DNA of 64,000 nucleotides from Gnetum montanum (GCA_015680685.1 MNCI01000668.1:1362536-1426535), one strand, 5' to 3'; shown: positions 35,456-49,789, counted from the first letter of the stretch. Notes: generated by a model not told the origin, from the sequence alone. Numbers and translations are program-made.

Positions 35456-38400
35456 TTTGTGATCACAAATGTAACCTTGAATTAGTGTTTTTAGTTTATA
35501 ACCCTTAGTTCCTTTGATACCTTTCTTATTAGATCAGGTTCTACTTAGGTTTGTTTGTGATCTTAGTAGGTTGATTATTTTATTATTATTTTAATATTAT
35601 TTTAATTATATGCTACCAGAGTTTGTTTATGAGGTTTAACCCTATTTAAAATGAGTATTTTAATATTATTTTTAGAGTAACCCTTGGGGATTTAGAAAAA
35701 TTTTGAAATTTGTTTTTTCAAAAACCAAAGCTTTGTGGCCCCCATGATGTAAAGCATATCTCTGATAGATAGGGGATCAAAGAAAGAGTTGAATTACGTG
35801 AGTAGTTTGAAAATTAGAGCACTTGGAAGGTTTCTAGGCTTTGAAAAATGCAAAAACTCCCCTCTTGTTTGATGGCACACGATGGAAAAATGGATGTGTC
35901 ATGTGTATTTATACTATTTTTCTATTGTGTTAATAGGGTGCATTGACATATCAGGCTACGTCGACAAGGTTGTGTCAATGCAGTTATGAGTTAATTGTCC
36001 ACAATAAAAAAACTAAAAGTTTTGGAAGAGTTTGAAGATGAAATGAGAGTCCAAAGGAAGCCAAAAAAGTATAGAAGGATCACACAACATGGCACAAGGT
36101 ATTAAATTCATTGGGAAAGGAGATGGAATTGGATTTGGATAAAATGTGGATGCTAAAATAATGAAAAACTAGATGTTTAAAGGTGAAATGAGGGGATTGA
36201 TTGCAAAAATAACTAAGAGATAGGAAGTTTAACTGAAACAAGACCAAGGGGTATGCAAGTGGGTCCTTCCCAAAGAGGGTTCATGCCATTAAAACCTTTG
36301 CATGTCCTCGTACCAGGAAGTGTGTAGGAATCAAGAATGATTAATGAGCATAGGCAATTAAAAATCAAATCCATGTGAGAGATCATTAAAGGATTATGAA
36401 ATACCAAAACAAATACATTAATTAACCATGATAGGAGGCAGTGAGGTGGGTGATGATGATAATAGAGCAATTAGAGAGAGAGATTGGTAAGAGAGTCTTG
36501 CATCTGGGTTACATAAAATTCCTTATGAAACTTATGGTTAATATGATTTAAGATCATCCCATCCTGAGTTAGAACTAAGTTCATCCATATTTAGTTACTT
36601 CGCATTATCACCATTTGACTATTTGACCAACAAGAGTTCATGACCATCCCCAAAGGACAACCATCACTCCAAGTCGAGAAGAAAAGAGAAGTAGGAAGAT
36701 AGGAAGAGCCCTAGTTAGAGGGGTACCTTCAGGCATGGATAACATGTCTTTCTAGCCTCATAACTAGTGCTTGTAGCCCATTATTGTGTCTAAAGGATCT
36801 GCTTTAAATTCCCATGTTTTTTTAAAATGAAAATCATACCATGCAAAGACATGTTTCTTGTTATGGTTGATAGTAGGAGTGGTGAGAGACTAATGAGAAT
36901 ACCCATAGAACTCAAGATGGAAGGGTGGTACAAAAGGTGAAAAATCCCCTTGAAGCCATACCCTTTTTCATTCCACTTGGTTCGTTTTGAGTTTGTTAAG
37001 TACCAAGATCATTTATTCTTTTTAAGTTGTAATTATGGAAGGACCTCATACTTACAAGATAAAGAACCTCATAGAATTGAGTGGAATGGGTGCATGTGGA
37101 CTCATTGCTTGATACCATTAGAAAATTAATGCTCCATTAGTTGAGGACATAATACCTAGATGAAATCTAGTCATTGACAATTAATCCAGATATTAAATAT
37201 AGTATTAATTAACTTCTAGTAGTAAAACACCAGATTCCTGATGAACAAACAAATAAGAAAACAACATGTAATAAAATATAAACAAGTTAAAATATATAAA
37301 ATAATTTGTAAAGTATTCAAGAAAATTGAAAACATATAAAGAATGATGTAAAACAAAAAGCTAAAAAATTGGGTATCCTACACAAAATCTTAGCATGGAT
37401 GGCCATATCTCCCATGACTAAGTTGAAAGAAGGAGATCCAAATGATAGAACGTGCTTGTCCATTGGTTGAGGTGCTCATGTTACTGGTTATCCTTGGTTC
37501 TAGGAAAGGTTTCACTTCCTAAATATTAACTAGCAATTGTTTGTCTAGGCTAGAAGGGTGGTAAATCATCATGGCCCTAGAAGGAAAAATTGCATGAATA
37601 ATATAAGGTACTTCCCATAGCATTTGAAATTTTATTCGTTATGGTACATGCATGGGATTGTAGCAAAGAACCTTATCACCTAGTTGGAATTTAACTTTCC
37701 TTATTTGTGAGTCATGACATTGTTTGGTGTGTGCCTTGTGTGTGGATCAAGAACTTAGAAGGGGGTTTGAATAAATTATTCTTTTTTTTAAAATCATTGT
37801 AGCCACCAAAATCAAACACAATTTTTATATGGTTTCCCAATTTAGGTAGTCCACACTTGGAGAGTAGAATCCATGCACACCTTTGAACTTTGTTGCTTCA
37901 AAAATATGGTTTGAAGGGCATCATAACCTTTGCAAGATTTGAGCTTCACTCCATAGTGTTTCATCACTACGAAACTACCCAACCTCATAAGGTCTCAATA
38001 AGCTCAAAATATGATTTAAAGAATTCCACAACCTTTACAAATGTGAGGTCTGCACTGAAGTGTTTTGTCGTCGTAAAACCACTCAACCTTGTAAGGTCCT
38101 GACAAGCTCAATGAAGATTCCTTTCTACAAGAAGCACATTAACCTTGTAGGGCTACAAAGAAAGAAAGAAAAAGATTAAGGAGAAAGTGTAACTTGATTT
38201 ATAGAGTCCTTGCAATGAGGCTTAATTTAACCAATACATACAAATGATAATACAATGAATGACAAACACAAAATCTCTTTGAGTAGCCTTGGATAGATTT
38301 TACAATAGATAATACTTGCACATTTCCCAAGAATTACACTTAGTCTTATACCCTTTGAGTTTCCAAAAACTCCTTGGAACTCATGCAATAACTATTAAAC

Positions 38401-39359
38401 AACTAGTTTGGACATCTATTTCAAGGATGAGATGTCTAGTTGCAAACAACCTCAATGCATGAGAGACGTCTACTTGAAAGTGGAGATGTCTACCATGAGA
38501 TGTCTATTCTACAAGTTAGACACCTACTATAAAAGTTAGATGTCTACTTTTCTTGCACAATTTAAGATCTAGAGCATTCCTTTGTCATTTTGGCATCTTG
38601 TTAGTCCTCGAAACATCTTCATTTGGCTCATAGACTTCATTTCCATCCACGCTCTCATCTTGTCCACTTTAGTCTTCATTTCATCATTGTAGCTCTCATT
38701 CTTGAAGTCTTAGTTCATTGGGCTCTTGTTCTAAAGTCTTGGATCTCCATTTGAAGTCCTTACTCTTATACTCTTTCATGGTCCTGCAAGACTACAATCA
38801 CAAACACACATTTTACATTCTCCATTTTCTCTAAGGTTTTGACATACCAAAAGGTCAACAATCTCCTCTTTTTTGGTGATGCCTAAAACTTAAGAAAATG
38901 GGTTAGTACATTATATGATAAATAACATTTAAAATGTACACATAAGTTCCAATGGTAGCAGAGGGTATGGCTGAAATAAGGATATAAAGGCTTAAATCAA
39001 TGGGTTCAAGCCACATGAGTCCACAAGAAAAATTGGAACTTCAAGAGATTCCTAAACTATCATATGTAATCCAAACGTTCATATAAATGTTAAAAACATA
39101 ACCTGCCTTCAAATTATGACAAACTAATATGCATATCACCAATTGAGAACAGGTGCTATCACCATACATAAATATAGCCAAGTAGCCAAAATATATAAAG
39201 TTAATATAAAGCATCAAACTACCCAATATCAACTACCACATCCACATCATATGAGTCCATACATATAATCCATCCATACATATAAATCCAACATATAAAG
39301 CCAAAAAGTTGTCTCCTTTTGGACATCACCCAAAAAGTGGAGTGAGAGATGAACCCCCT

Positions 39360-40837
39360 CTAGTCATTAATTTGAGTGGTAACAACTTCATTGGAGTTAG
39401 ATGCTATATTGGTAGGATGGTAAGTCTCAACTTCATCATTATCACTGTTGGTGTTCGAGACATATTACTCATCATCATCATCTAAATATGGAACTATGAT
39501 AGGAACTCTATGGGGACATAGCTTCACTTGAAACTAAGATGATGTGGGTGGATGAGATGGAGCCTACTAAGAAGATGAGAAAGCACCATTCCTCTGGTAT
39601 GTAATAGGATTAGTTGACCTCCATTGAGATGTGGTCCCAAGGATGCTCTCTATTGCTTGTTGCTCAACGGTTTAAGAAGCATCCTCACGAATATGAGAGT
39701 GGGAATCAAGTTGCACAAGATTAGGAAACTCCCCTTGGATATTTGCTGGTGGTACAACAAGATCCTTAGAATGAGAGGCATTTCCCAAATCATATGCCTA
39801 GGATGGCACAATAGCTATAGAGTACTTGGCTAGTGTAGGATAGTCCTCCTCACTATTTGACATGAGAGGGATGGTAATCTCCTTGAATTGCTATCCATTT
39901 GAAGGAAGAGGTACTCCAATTGCATTCATTCTCTTACAATGGTAAGAGATGTTTCATCTAATCAACCTAAGATTCCTAGAAAAAGGTTTCAGCATTTTCT
40001 TGAGAGTTGATTTCACTTGGCCATTAATAGATTTGGACCTTCTTAGTTGAGGATAGGTCCTTGAGGGTGATGAAGCTTTCTTCTTTTTTACTTTTTGAGC
40101 TTTGGAGTTTGGTTCTACAAGTTTTGTGTGAGTGGTACTTTTTTCTCTAAATATTCACCAAGACTTCTTTTACCTTTTAGTAGAGGCATATTAAGAATAG
40201 GAACTCCTTTCTAACAAATCAATAGATTGATAAGAAGAGGATGCTCATAAACTCTCTCTCTAGTGAAAAGTCCTAACATGTCTTTATAGAGGATATGTGT
40301 CATTTCTAATGGTTAACTAGTAAGAAGATAATATAGGAGAAAAACTTGAGTTGGTAACAAATAACTGTAACTTTCCCATATAACAATGATATTATATAGC
40401 ACAATAAGGAAGAGTGTAGAAGCATTTGGGACCATATGACTTATAAACACTTTGCCACTTCTCAATGATACTAACTAACCAAAAAGAGCTTGATAGACCT
40501 GATTGTGGGAAACAAGGATCATACCATTTAAGAAAATATCTAACATAGAATGAATGGTGACCCTATGAACCTTAGAGCTAGAAATTCCAAGAATGACATT
40601 AACTTCTTGAGGAGTTACCTCAATCAAAATGCCCCCAATAGTAGAAGTAAAAGTCCCAATAGTAGCATTGGTGATGATAATATTACTATAAAATTTTCTA
40701 ACAAGGATCTCAAAAGCATGAAAATTCATTGACTGCACTTGGACATCTAAGCTTGGATGAGGAAAAATGAGGAATGAGAGGAGTGTTTGCTTTATATAAT
40801 TGTGGCTATCAAAGGTTTTTCCTACAAAGTTAGACAT
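39360..40837 (-). pseudogene. SIRE env-like/accessory ORF remnant
   Basis: LVRKFYSN...TFTSTIGGILIEVTPQEVNVILGI motif typical of SIRE/Athila extra ORFs. Acidic low-complexity tail near 39400-39500. Confidence 0.7.
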
Positions 40838-41099
40838 CTAATTTAACTAGTAGACATCTATCCCGAGTCAATTGTAACTCAAAGAGATGTTTATTTATAG
40901 ATGTAGATGTCAATGGGTGGGCATCTATTTACAAATGTAGACATCTAAGGGTGGACGTCTAAGCTAGTAATGAAATTTTTAAAGGATGGAAAGCTTTAGG
41001 GATAGCTACCATGGATTATAGTCCTACAAAAATTTTAGGTAAGATAAGAAAATAAAAACTTACCTCTACTTACCTCACATGTTGATGGGAGATCATGAA

Positions 41100-42993
41100 G
41101 TCTATGGAGATTGGGAAGGAGATTCTTCTTTCAAAGTCCATCTTATCTTTGTACAAATTTCTTATATTTATAATGTTTCACTTTTCTTCATAAAATTTTT
41201 CATGATAGTTCTTTGTTTCTCTTCCTTTTATTTGACTCTCTGAACCTTCTAGCTTTCATTTCCTTTTTGATTTATCCTCCACTCTGTGTCTTAAAAGGTA
41301 TTCTTTCTAAGTACTTTTGGATAAGACCAAGAAGTCATATGATATGACCAAGTACTCATGTGGTGATATTTTAAATTATAATTCCATTGCTTATGCCCAG
41401 TTTTACCACAATAGTAACATTTAATCATTCTACTTTGAGTAAAATGATCAAACCTTAGAGGTAACTTTTGTTTGGTTGAAGTGCTTGTTGATACTTCTAG
41501 CCTTGATGTAGTCTTTTGTTTGGATGAAGCATTTGTTAATGCTTCTTCTTGTTGATAGCATTCTAATCCACTTTTAACATTTGAATCTCTTCCTTGTCTC
41601 AGAACTATGTGAAGGGATTCCTTTCCTTTGATAAGTATCTCATTTACAAGTTTTGTATCTGCAAGTTCTTTTTCATTCTGCTCATAAGATAAGGTTAGTC
41701 TTTGATTCTTAGCTCTCAGGTTTGAGTTTTCTTATGGGAGATCTAAATATTCTATGTTGAGTTCAGATAATTCTTGATCCTTATCTTTTAGGGTTTTCCT
41801 TAGCTTGATACTAAGATCTTGAAAGGACAATATTTCATTACACAATAAATCATACCTTTCTTCATCTATTTCTATTGTTTGATCATCATCTTTAGTTGTT
41901 CTATCATCATCTTTCATAAGAGCCATGCAAATGAGATGTGAATATTGTATGGTCTCGACTTCCTCTTCACTTTGTTCTTCATCATAGTTAGTGAAGAAGC
42001 TATTCTTTTTGGAGTTAGATTTGGATTGATCTTCTTTCAAAATATTGCTAGCACTAGGACATTCAGAGGCCACATGACCTCTTTCACTACATAGCCAACA
42101 TTCTATAGAAAATGCATCAAAGTTTTAATTTTTAAAATTCTTACCCTTTTCTCTACCTTTGGTACTAGATTGATTGGGACTTGGTTGATTGAATCTTCTT
42201 CCTTTCCTTGCAAGAAATCTTTGAACTCTCCTTGATAGAAGAGCTAGTTTATCTTCACTATTTGTTTCTTACTCAAATGACTCATTCTTCTTTGATGTAG
42301 ATTTGAGGGTGATAGCCTTTTCTTTTATTGCTCCTTCACTTATGAGATTTATCTGATAAGAAATAAGAGCACTTTGAGATTTATCTGATAAGAAATAAGA
42401 GAAATTTGAAACTCTTCAAATTTCAGCATTAAGAAATCTCTAATTTCTTCCATGGTTGTAACTTTGGTCTAAACTTAGGTTGCAAAGTTCTAATCATCTT
42501 TATGACCACATTGCTTTCTAGAAAGTTCTTGTCCATCCCTATAATTGCTACAATAAGATTGTTTGCCCTAGAGAAGTAGTCCTTAATCTGTCCTCCTTTC
42601 TCTTATTTTTAATTTATCATATTCACCTTGCAACACTAGAAGTTCTGGTTGTTTTACTACTGTTGTACCTTCATAGGTTGCTTCAAAAGTTTCTCAAATT
42701 TCTTTAGTGTTCATACATCCAACTACTCTATTAAATTCAGATTTTCTTAAAGCACAATAGAGACAATTCTTTGCTTTAGAATCAAACATGAACTTATATT
42801 TTTCATCTTGCATCCATTTGCTTCTTGGCTTGGTAGCTGAAGTGATTCTGTTAATGGATGGTGTGTAGCCTTCACGAATTGAATTCTAGACTTTGAATTC
42901 CATGGATTCAAAGAATCCTTACATTCTTACTTTCCAATATGTAAAGTCGATCCCACTAAACATTGATGGCTTAGTGTAAGACATTTCCTCCAT
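41100..42993 (-). pseudogene. SIRE gag remnant with two zinc knuckles and coiled coil
   Basis: MEEMSYTKPSMFSGIDFTYWK; CWLCSERGHVASEC (~42060-42100); CYYCGKTGHK (~41390-41420). Confidence 0.85.
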
Positions 42994-44151
42994 CGTTTAC
43001 TCTTGAAATGTGAATAATGAACTTGAGAGTACTAGGCTTCGATACTAGTTGTGGATCAAATACTTAGATGGGGGATTGAATAAGTTCCCTAATTAAAATC
43101 ATTACAACCATCAAAATCAAACATATATTTTACTTGATTTTCCAACTTGAGTAGTTGACACCTAGAGGGTAGAATCCATGCACATGCTCAGACTTTGTTA
43201 CTTCAAAAATGTGGTTTGAAGGGCATGACAGCATTTACAAGATTTGAGCTCTACTCCAAGGTGTTTCATTGCTACAAAACCACTCAATCCTACAAGGTCC
43301 TAACAAGCTCAAAATATGATTGAAAGGATCCCATAACCTTTACAAATGTGAGCTCCACATTGGAGTGTTTTGTTATTGCAAAACCACTCAACCTTGTAAG
43401 GTCTTGATGAGCTCAATGAAGATGCCTTTATGCAAGAAGCACATCAACCTTGTAGGGCTACAAAGAAAGATAGGAAAAGATCAAGGAAAAAGTATAACTT
43501 AATTTACAGAGTCCTTGCAATGAGACTCAATTCAACTAATACATACAAATGATAATAAAAAGAAGGAGAAACATAAAATCTCTTTGAGTAGCCATAGTAC
43601 TTGCACATTTCCCAAGAATTTCACTTAGTCTTATATCATTTAAGTTTCAGAAAACTTCTTAGAATCCATGTAACAACTATTAAATGGCTAGTTTGGATGT
43701 CTATTTCAAGGATGACATGTCTAACTGCAAAAAACCTTAATGTAGAAGAGACGTCTACCTGAAAGTGGAGACATATATCCTAAGACATCTATTCTACAAG
43801 TTAGATGTTTGCTATCAAAGTGAGATGTCTACTCTACTTGTACAATTTAAGATCTGGAGCATTCCTTTGTCATTTTGGCATCTTGGTAGTGCTTTAAACA
43901 TCTTCATTTGGCTTGTAGACTCCATTTCCATCCATGTTCTCATCTTGTCCACTTTAATCTTCATTTCATCATTGTAGCTCTTGTTCTTGGAGTTTTGGTT
44001 CATTGAGCTATTGTTTTAAAGTCTTGGATCTTCATTTGAAGTCCTTGCTCATTATACTCTTTCATGGTCCTACAAGACTACAATAAAAAATACACATTAT
44101 ATGTTATCCATTTTCTCTAAGGTTTTGATATACCAAAAGGTCAACATTGTG

Positions 44152-47100
44152 CACCTCATTCATGAATAGGGCTACTTGCTGATTTTCATCTAGCACATTC
44201 AATATCATTAAATGTTCCTTTTGTACCAGGCTTAAGTTAAGATCAAGTTCAAAAGTCATTGAAAGTGTATGGGGCTCTATTTGAATTAGAAGAGTTGGTA
44301 ATCTTTTGTACACTAACTCATAAGGAAAATAGCTGATAAAAAGTTTCCATGTGGATTGATAGGTTCATAGAGTAGTGTTGAGTTTTGTGCTCCATTCTTT
44401 TCTATATCTACTAATTATGTAGGTTAGTATTCTAGTTATTTTCCTATTGGTAACTTAAGCTTGACCATTGGCTTAGGGGGTGATACGAAGTTATTAATTT
44501 ATGCTCTACCCCTAAGAATTGCATTAATTTTCAAAAGGTAGCACATGTGAAATGAGTCTCGTTGTTAGAAGTCAGTGCCCTTGGCATGTTAAATGTATTT
44601 ATCACATGTTGTACACATGTTGTACAAATCGTACCACCATAGAAGGTAAACAGTTGGTCACGATGGTAGCTTTAGCCCTTTTTATGCAGTAGTCAACTAC
44701 TATGATGACGTATGACTTTTCATTGGACATGGCATTGATGGACCCCATGAAGTTAATGCCCCAAATATTAAAAGGCTCTAATGATTGAATCCACTATTGG
44801 GGTCCTTCCATCCTTATAGTTATTCCTCCATCTTGTTGGTAATTTTTGCATGAATGAGAGAATTGATGAGGGTCCCTAAAGATTATTAGCCAGTAATATC
44901 CTACCATGAGGATTTTTACGACTGTTCTTCTTCCTACATAATGGCCCCCATAAGGGCCTTCATGAACATCCTAGAGGATTCATAGTTGATCAACATTAGG
45001 TATACACCATCATACCAAGACATTGACATAAACCTTATAATGGTTGCCTTGAATTTCCATGTAGTGTTTGGCTTGATGAAGAAACTACTATTTCTTCTTG
45101 CTATCCCTTTCCTATGACACCTCATGAGTGAGTAGATAGGAGAGGAATTCCTTATACTAGTTAGTATCTTTAAGACTTTGCATTTCAAAAAATTTGAAAA
45201 AGAGAAGTTCATCTAAAAATTAGTTGGATAAAGGTCCCTTATCCTCTTCATTGTCCCATCATAACCAAGACAAGTAGTCAGCGACCACATTCTTAGTTTC
45301 CTTTCTATCCACCATGGTGAGGTCGAACTCCTATAGGATTACTAGTTACCGTATGACACAAGGACTCATTGTTGGCTTGTTCATGAGAAACTAGATGGCA
45401 CTATGGTTTGTGTGCATAAAAATTTGATATCGAAGCACATACTACCTAAATTATTTTAAGGCATACACCATTATCATGAGATCCTTCTCTATGGTAATGT
45501 AGTTTAATTAGATCTGACAATACTTCTAATGGCATAATGGATGTAGTAAGGATGTTTTTGATCATCCAATTATGTAAGCATGACCCCCAAAGTGTAATTG
45601 TATGCATCTTTCATATTGTGAAAAGGCTTGGGCCAATTTGGAGCATGTAGAATGGGCATTTTTAGGAGCTTATGATTTAATTGTTGGAATGTAATCTTTC
45701 ATTTTTTGGTCCAAGTGAAAGGTTCATCCATCTTGGTTAGTTCAACCAATGACTTAGCAATTTTTGAGAAGTTTTCAATGAAGCATCAATAATAACCAAT
45801 ATGGCTAAGGAATGATCGTACATCTTTCACCACTTTTGGTTGTTTGGTGATTTCTTAAATTACTCATAGTTTTTCTAGGTCCACCTTGATCCCTTTGCTT
45901 GAAATTTGATGTCCTAACATAATGCCTTCTTAGACCATTATATGACCTTTTGGTTGCCTAGTGATTCCTTAGATGACTCGTAGTTTTTCTAGGTCCACCT
46001 TGATCCCTTTGCTTGAAATTAGTTTCTATGCATTGTTGAAGCACTTACTTTAGATGGTTCAAGGCTTACTCAAAGTTGGTATCATAGGTAGAGAAGTCAT
46101 CCATAAAGATATCTGCATTACTATTGATTTGTTATTGGAAGATGCTAAGAACCAAGCATTGAAAGGTAGAAGGAACAATAAATAGACCAAAAGGCATATT
46201 TCTATATTCAAAAGTTCCTTAAGGATGTGTGAATATAGTTGTGGTCTGGTCCTTAGGTGCAATTTGGATTTGGTTATATCCACTATAATCATCTAGGAAA
46301 CTATAATAGTAATGCTTTGCTATGATGTCTAAAAATTGATCATTAAATGACAATATAAAATGATCCTTGAAGGTTGTCATGTTCAACAACCAAAAGTCTA
46401 TGTAGACTTTCCATTTTTCTCATTTCTTGGGTACACTTATGAGTGAGCTAACCCATTTGCTATCGACAACTAGATAAATGAACCTAGACTTGAGGAGTTG
46501 TTCAACCTCCTTCTTCATCTCCTACTTCCGTTTGGGGTTCAATCTTCTCTACAACTACCTCTTTGGCTTGATGGAGGAGTCTATATAGATGTCGTATTGG
46601 CATATTTGCACATCTATTCTTGTATGTTCATAAATTGACCAAGTAAAGGCTATTGGCCTTTTTCTCACCATCTTCAACAACTTCTATTTTTGTTTTGGAG
46701 TAAGTTTGACATTGATGATTATTGGCTTGCCATTATTAAGGAAATCATATTCTATATCAACAAAGCCTTTAGTTTAAGGGGTTTTTGCTTAAAATGATTA
46801 GGGATCTCTAACTCCCCCTAGTACATTTCATTTTGTACGTGGGAGAGTTGAGGATGGAGTTGCTCCATTTCATCCATGTTTTCTATATAGGTGCTTGTGA
46901 GGCTCTCTAATGATTCCATGCATATTATGGACTTAGCTTGATGATCTATTATAAGCCATTGTGTACCTTCTTATTTTGTGACTACTGCATATAGAAAATT
47001 TTGAATAACTGTTGTTTCAACATACTAATTGCATGCTTGGATTGATGTTTCTTTGAATGTTCATAGTTTTTGCATGTAATGATACCCTTTGTCACTATAT

Positions 47101-49620
47101 GCGATGCATAGGACCTACTTCTTCTCTATTTTGTCAGACTCATTTTTCTTAGATATTTCCAACGAAAGATCTCAAATCCCCATCTTGGCATCAATTGTAC
47201 TTAGTCATGCCCTTCCCATAATGATAGGGAAGTACTCCTTATAGTTTTCCACATGAATCAGAAGGAAATTTGAAGGATAAGGCCACCCACAAATGGTGGT
47301 CATAATTTCCTCCACTAATTCCAAAGGAATAGTGATGGACTGATCTACTAGCTCATGTTTGGTTACTCTTCTTTAGGGAAGGTAGTTTCTAGGCCTTATA
47401 CATTTCTTGTAAGATTGAGTTTACCCTTAAATATGAATATAGGAGAGCTTAACATTGTTCATTCCCTACAATTTGTAAATAAATTAAGGGGCTCCTAGGA
47501 TCAAATCTTTTCTTGGAAAGGTGGCTAGTCTTTATCTAATCTGTAACTGCATGGGTCAACATATTGGTATGGACGTTAGAAGTAATTTGGTTTAAAGGTA
47601 GCTTGATGGTACTTTTAAAGGTAGAGATGTTAGGGTTAATTGCCATAGGTACTTGTAAGAATTTGGCTATATGTAGGAATACTACTATTGTGGTGGTGGT
47701 ATCTCCCATGACTATAGGTGTTGCCACTATTAATACTACTCTTGAGATTGAGGAGGTGGTCCACTTGGATAATATGTTGATTGGTGGAATTATTGCTTAT
47801 AATTGCCTTGTGGATAAGGCAATTGCTAGGGTTCTTACTGTTTTGTGAATTTGGGATTTAACACATACACCCTGGACTCCTATAGATGTGATAGCATTGA
47901 GCAACATCCCTTATGATATCCATATTAGCAAATTTCATAGCCATCATCATCTTTTTTAGAACCTACAATCTCTTGAATCATTGTAGCTTTACCCTTGTTC
48001 TGGTAATAATCTTGTTTTGTATCATTTTTCTACCACCTTTCTTGACCACTACTCCCTTGGTCCTTTTCTTCCTCTACAATTTTTAGAGTTTTTAAAAAAT
48101 TCTCATCCAAGGTGTCTCACATTTTATCTACCTTAGTTGATATTTTAGTGACAAATTCTTTTATTAACAAGGTTTTCCTTTACAACACTTCATCAAGCAA
48201 TGTCTCTTCCTTTGAGTCACAAAAACATATCTCTATTTTGTGAATAGAAGGGTCTTCGTTGTATATCTTTGCACTTTCACATTTTTTCCATTTCCCCTTC
48301 TTCTTTAGGCATCTATTCAATCATCCTTTATATCTAATGAACTTGTATCTTAGAATGTCTTCTATGCATATAAACCCTAACGATTTTCCTTGTCTCATAT
48401 TTGAGTCCATCTGCAATATGATGAAGTTGTTCCCATTGAGAGTACCTATGGCTTTGGCATTGGTGTAATAGAGAGTAACACCTACCTAGGGCCACATCCA
48501 AGGATTCATGATTTCCTTGTTTTCATTCTTGGATTTGCCTCCTCAAGTTAGACACTCTAGAGTATGTTTGGTATTTTTCATTGAAGAGCTTTAACATAGT
48601 ACTTCATTAGTGAATGGATTCTACTTCTAAGGATTGGTACCAAGTTTCTACTTTGTTAGTGAGTGTCCTTGGAGATAATTTTAGCTTTTACCATTCATTC
48701 TCTATATTTTGCAAGGTGTAGACATCATGAAAGGCTTGGAGATGATATTGTTGATTTGAATAATATTCTCCTTCAAACTTGGAAATATTATTCATATTCA
48801 ACCTCTTGATCCTACTATCCTTCAAGTGCCTTGTTGGAATTATTATTGCTTCTGAAATGTTAAGCATATTTCAGGTATCTAGCAGAGGCTCATCATAGTC
48901 ATGATAATCATGGTGGCTCCTTTTTTGGTCATGGTGTCTATGATTAGTCCTACTATGCCATTAGTCTTGATAACACTCTCTCCTTTGTGGTTATCTTTGC
49001 CCTTACTCTTGATCACCTTGGTGGGATCCTTAGTCATTTCTTTTCTGTCATTCATCCCCATCCTGATCATGGTTGTTTCTCTTGTCACTATTTGAGGATG
49101 AATATGAAGAGGGTGAAGAAGGAGAACTCGAGAAACAATTCCTGCTAGTTCCTCTCCTTTAGTTCGTACCCTGATCCTTATGCTTCTCTTTGTCTTTCTT
49201 GTGATCATTATCCTTGCCCTTAGATGATTGGGTAGAATTCTTGTCTCTTAAGGCCCCCTAGTCATAAGACCTAGTTTTTCCATCATCAAGGTTCTTTAGA
49301 GTTGACTATAACCTTTGGTTAAGGATCTCTTCATCATAGAAAGGACGAGAATAGGTGTATTGGGAATGGCTAGAAAAGAAATCTTCATCTTCTTTATGTT
49401 GTTAGAAGCTTCATGTCGCGCTTCCGTGTGCCAATATTTCTTTCACTAGGCATTCATGGGCTGATAGTTCTTGTAGGTATAGTCTTCAAATTCATATTCT
49501 AAGTTAAGTTTAATGATGCCTAGGCTGATGAGATTGTTCATTAACATGAACAAATCGATTTGGAGGCAACACTATATTGCATTCCATGTCCCTCCAATGC
49601 ATTTTTTCATCTTGATGTAG
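44152..49620 (-). pseudogene. Athila-like gag-pol remnant
   Basis: IN (GYYW, EPFNIWGINFMG, VVDY), RH (NVVADYLS), RT (SFLSHIGYY, KWVSSLISVPKK), protease and gag fragments. Confidence 0.75.
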
Positions 49621-49789
49621 GATGAAGATGAAAGCTAGATTATAGAAATCTAGGTGAGAATAGAAAACCCTCAGTTGTTGGGGCTTCTTTTATGCTCCCC
49701 ATTATTGATTGGATTCACCGGAATATGGTGGAGATTCATTCCTATGAGAAGAAGCCATATTAATTATTGATTTAAAAAATATTATGCTT

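Larger units (their letters stand above)
37741..44146 (-). mobile_element. SIRE-like Ty1/copia element with gag and env-like ORF but no pol
   Basis: LTRs 37741-38860 (3') and 43050-44146 (5'). Perfect TSD TTGTG. Met-type PBS (TAGTATCGAAGC, 43036-43047). SIRE-type PPT CACCAAAAAAGAGGAGAT. Repeated AGAYRTCT motifs in the LTRs and upstream of the extra ORF. Confidence 0.9.
31519..49700 (-). mobile_element. Athila-like Ty3/gypsy element, heavily decayed, 5' LTR not seen, interrupted by a SIRE-like element
   Basis: LTR-like terminus TGATAAGCAC.. at 31519. Extra ORF remnant at 32560-35455. IN tail KFQLGDKVLCYNP..WEVPYII at 37570-37740, continuous with IN core EPFNIWGINFMG at ~44.75 kb. RH, RT, protease and gag remnants at 45.2-49.6 kb. 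Confidence 0.72.

Noticed and set aside
37107-37117. Met-PBS-like TGGTATCAAGC on the minus strand
   Set aside because: No definable adjacent LTR; lies in the Athila 3' non-coding region.
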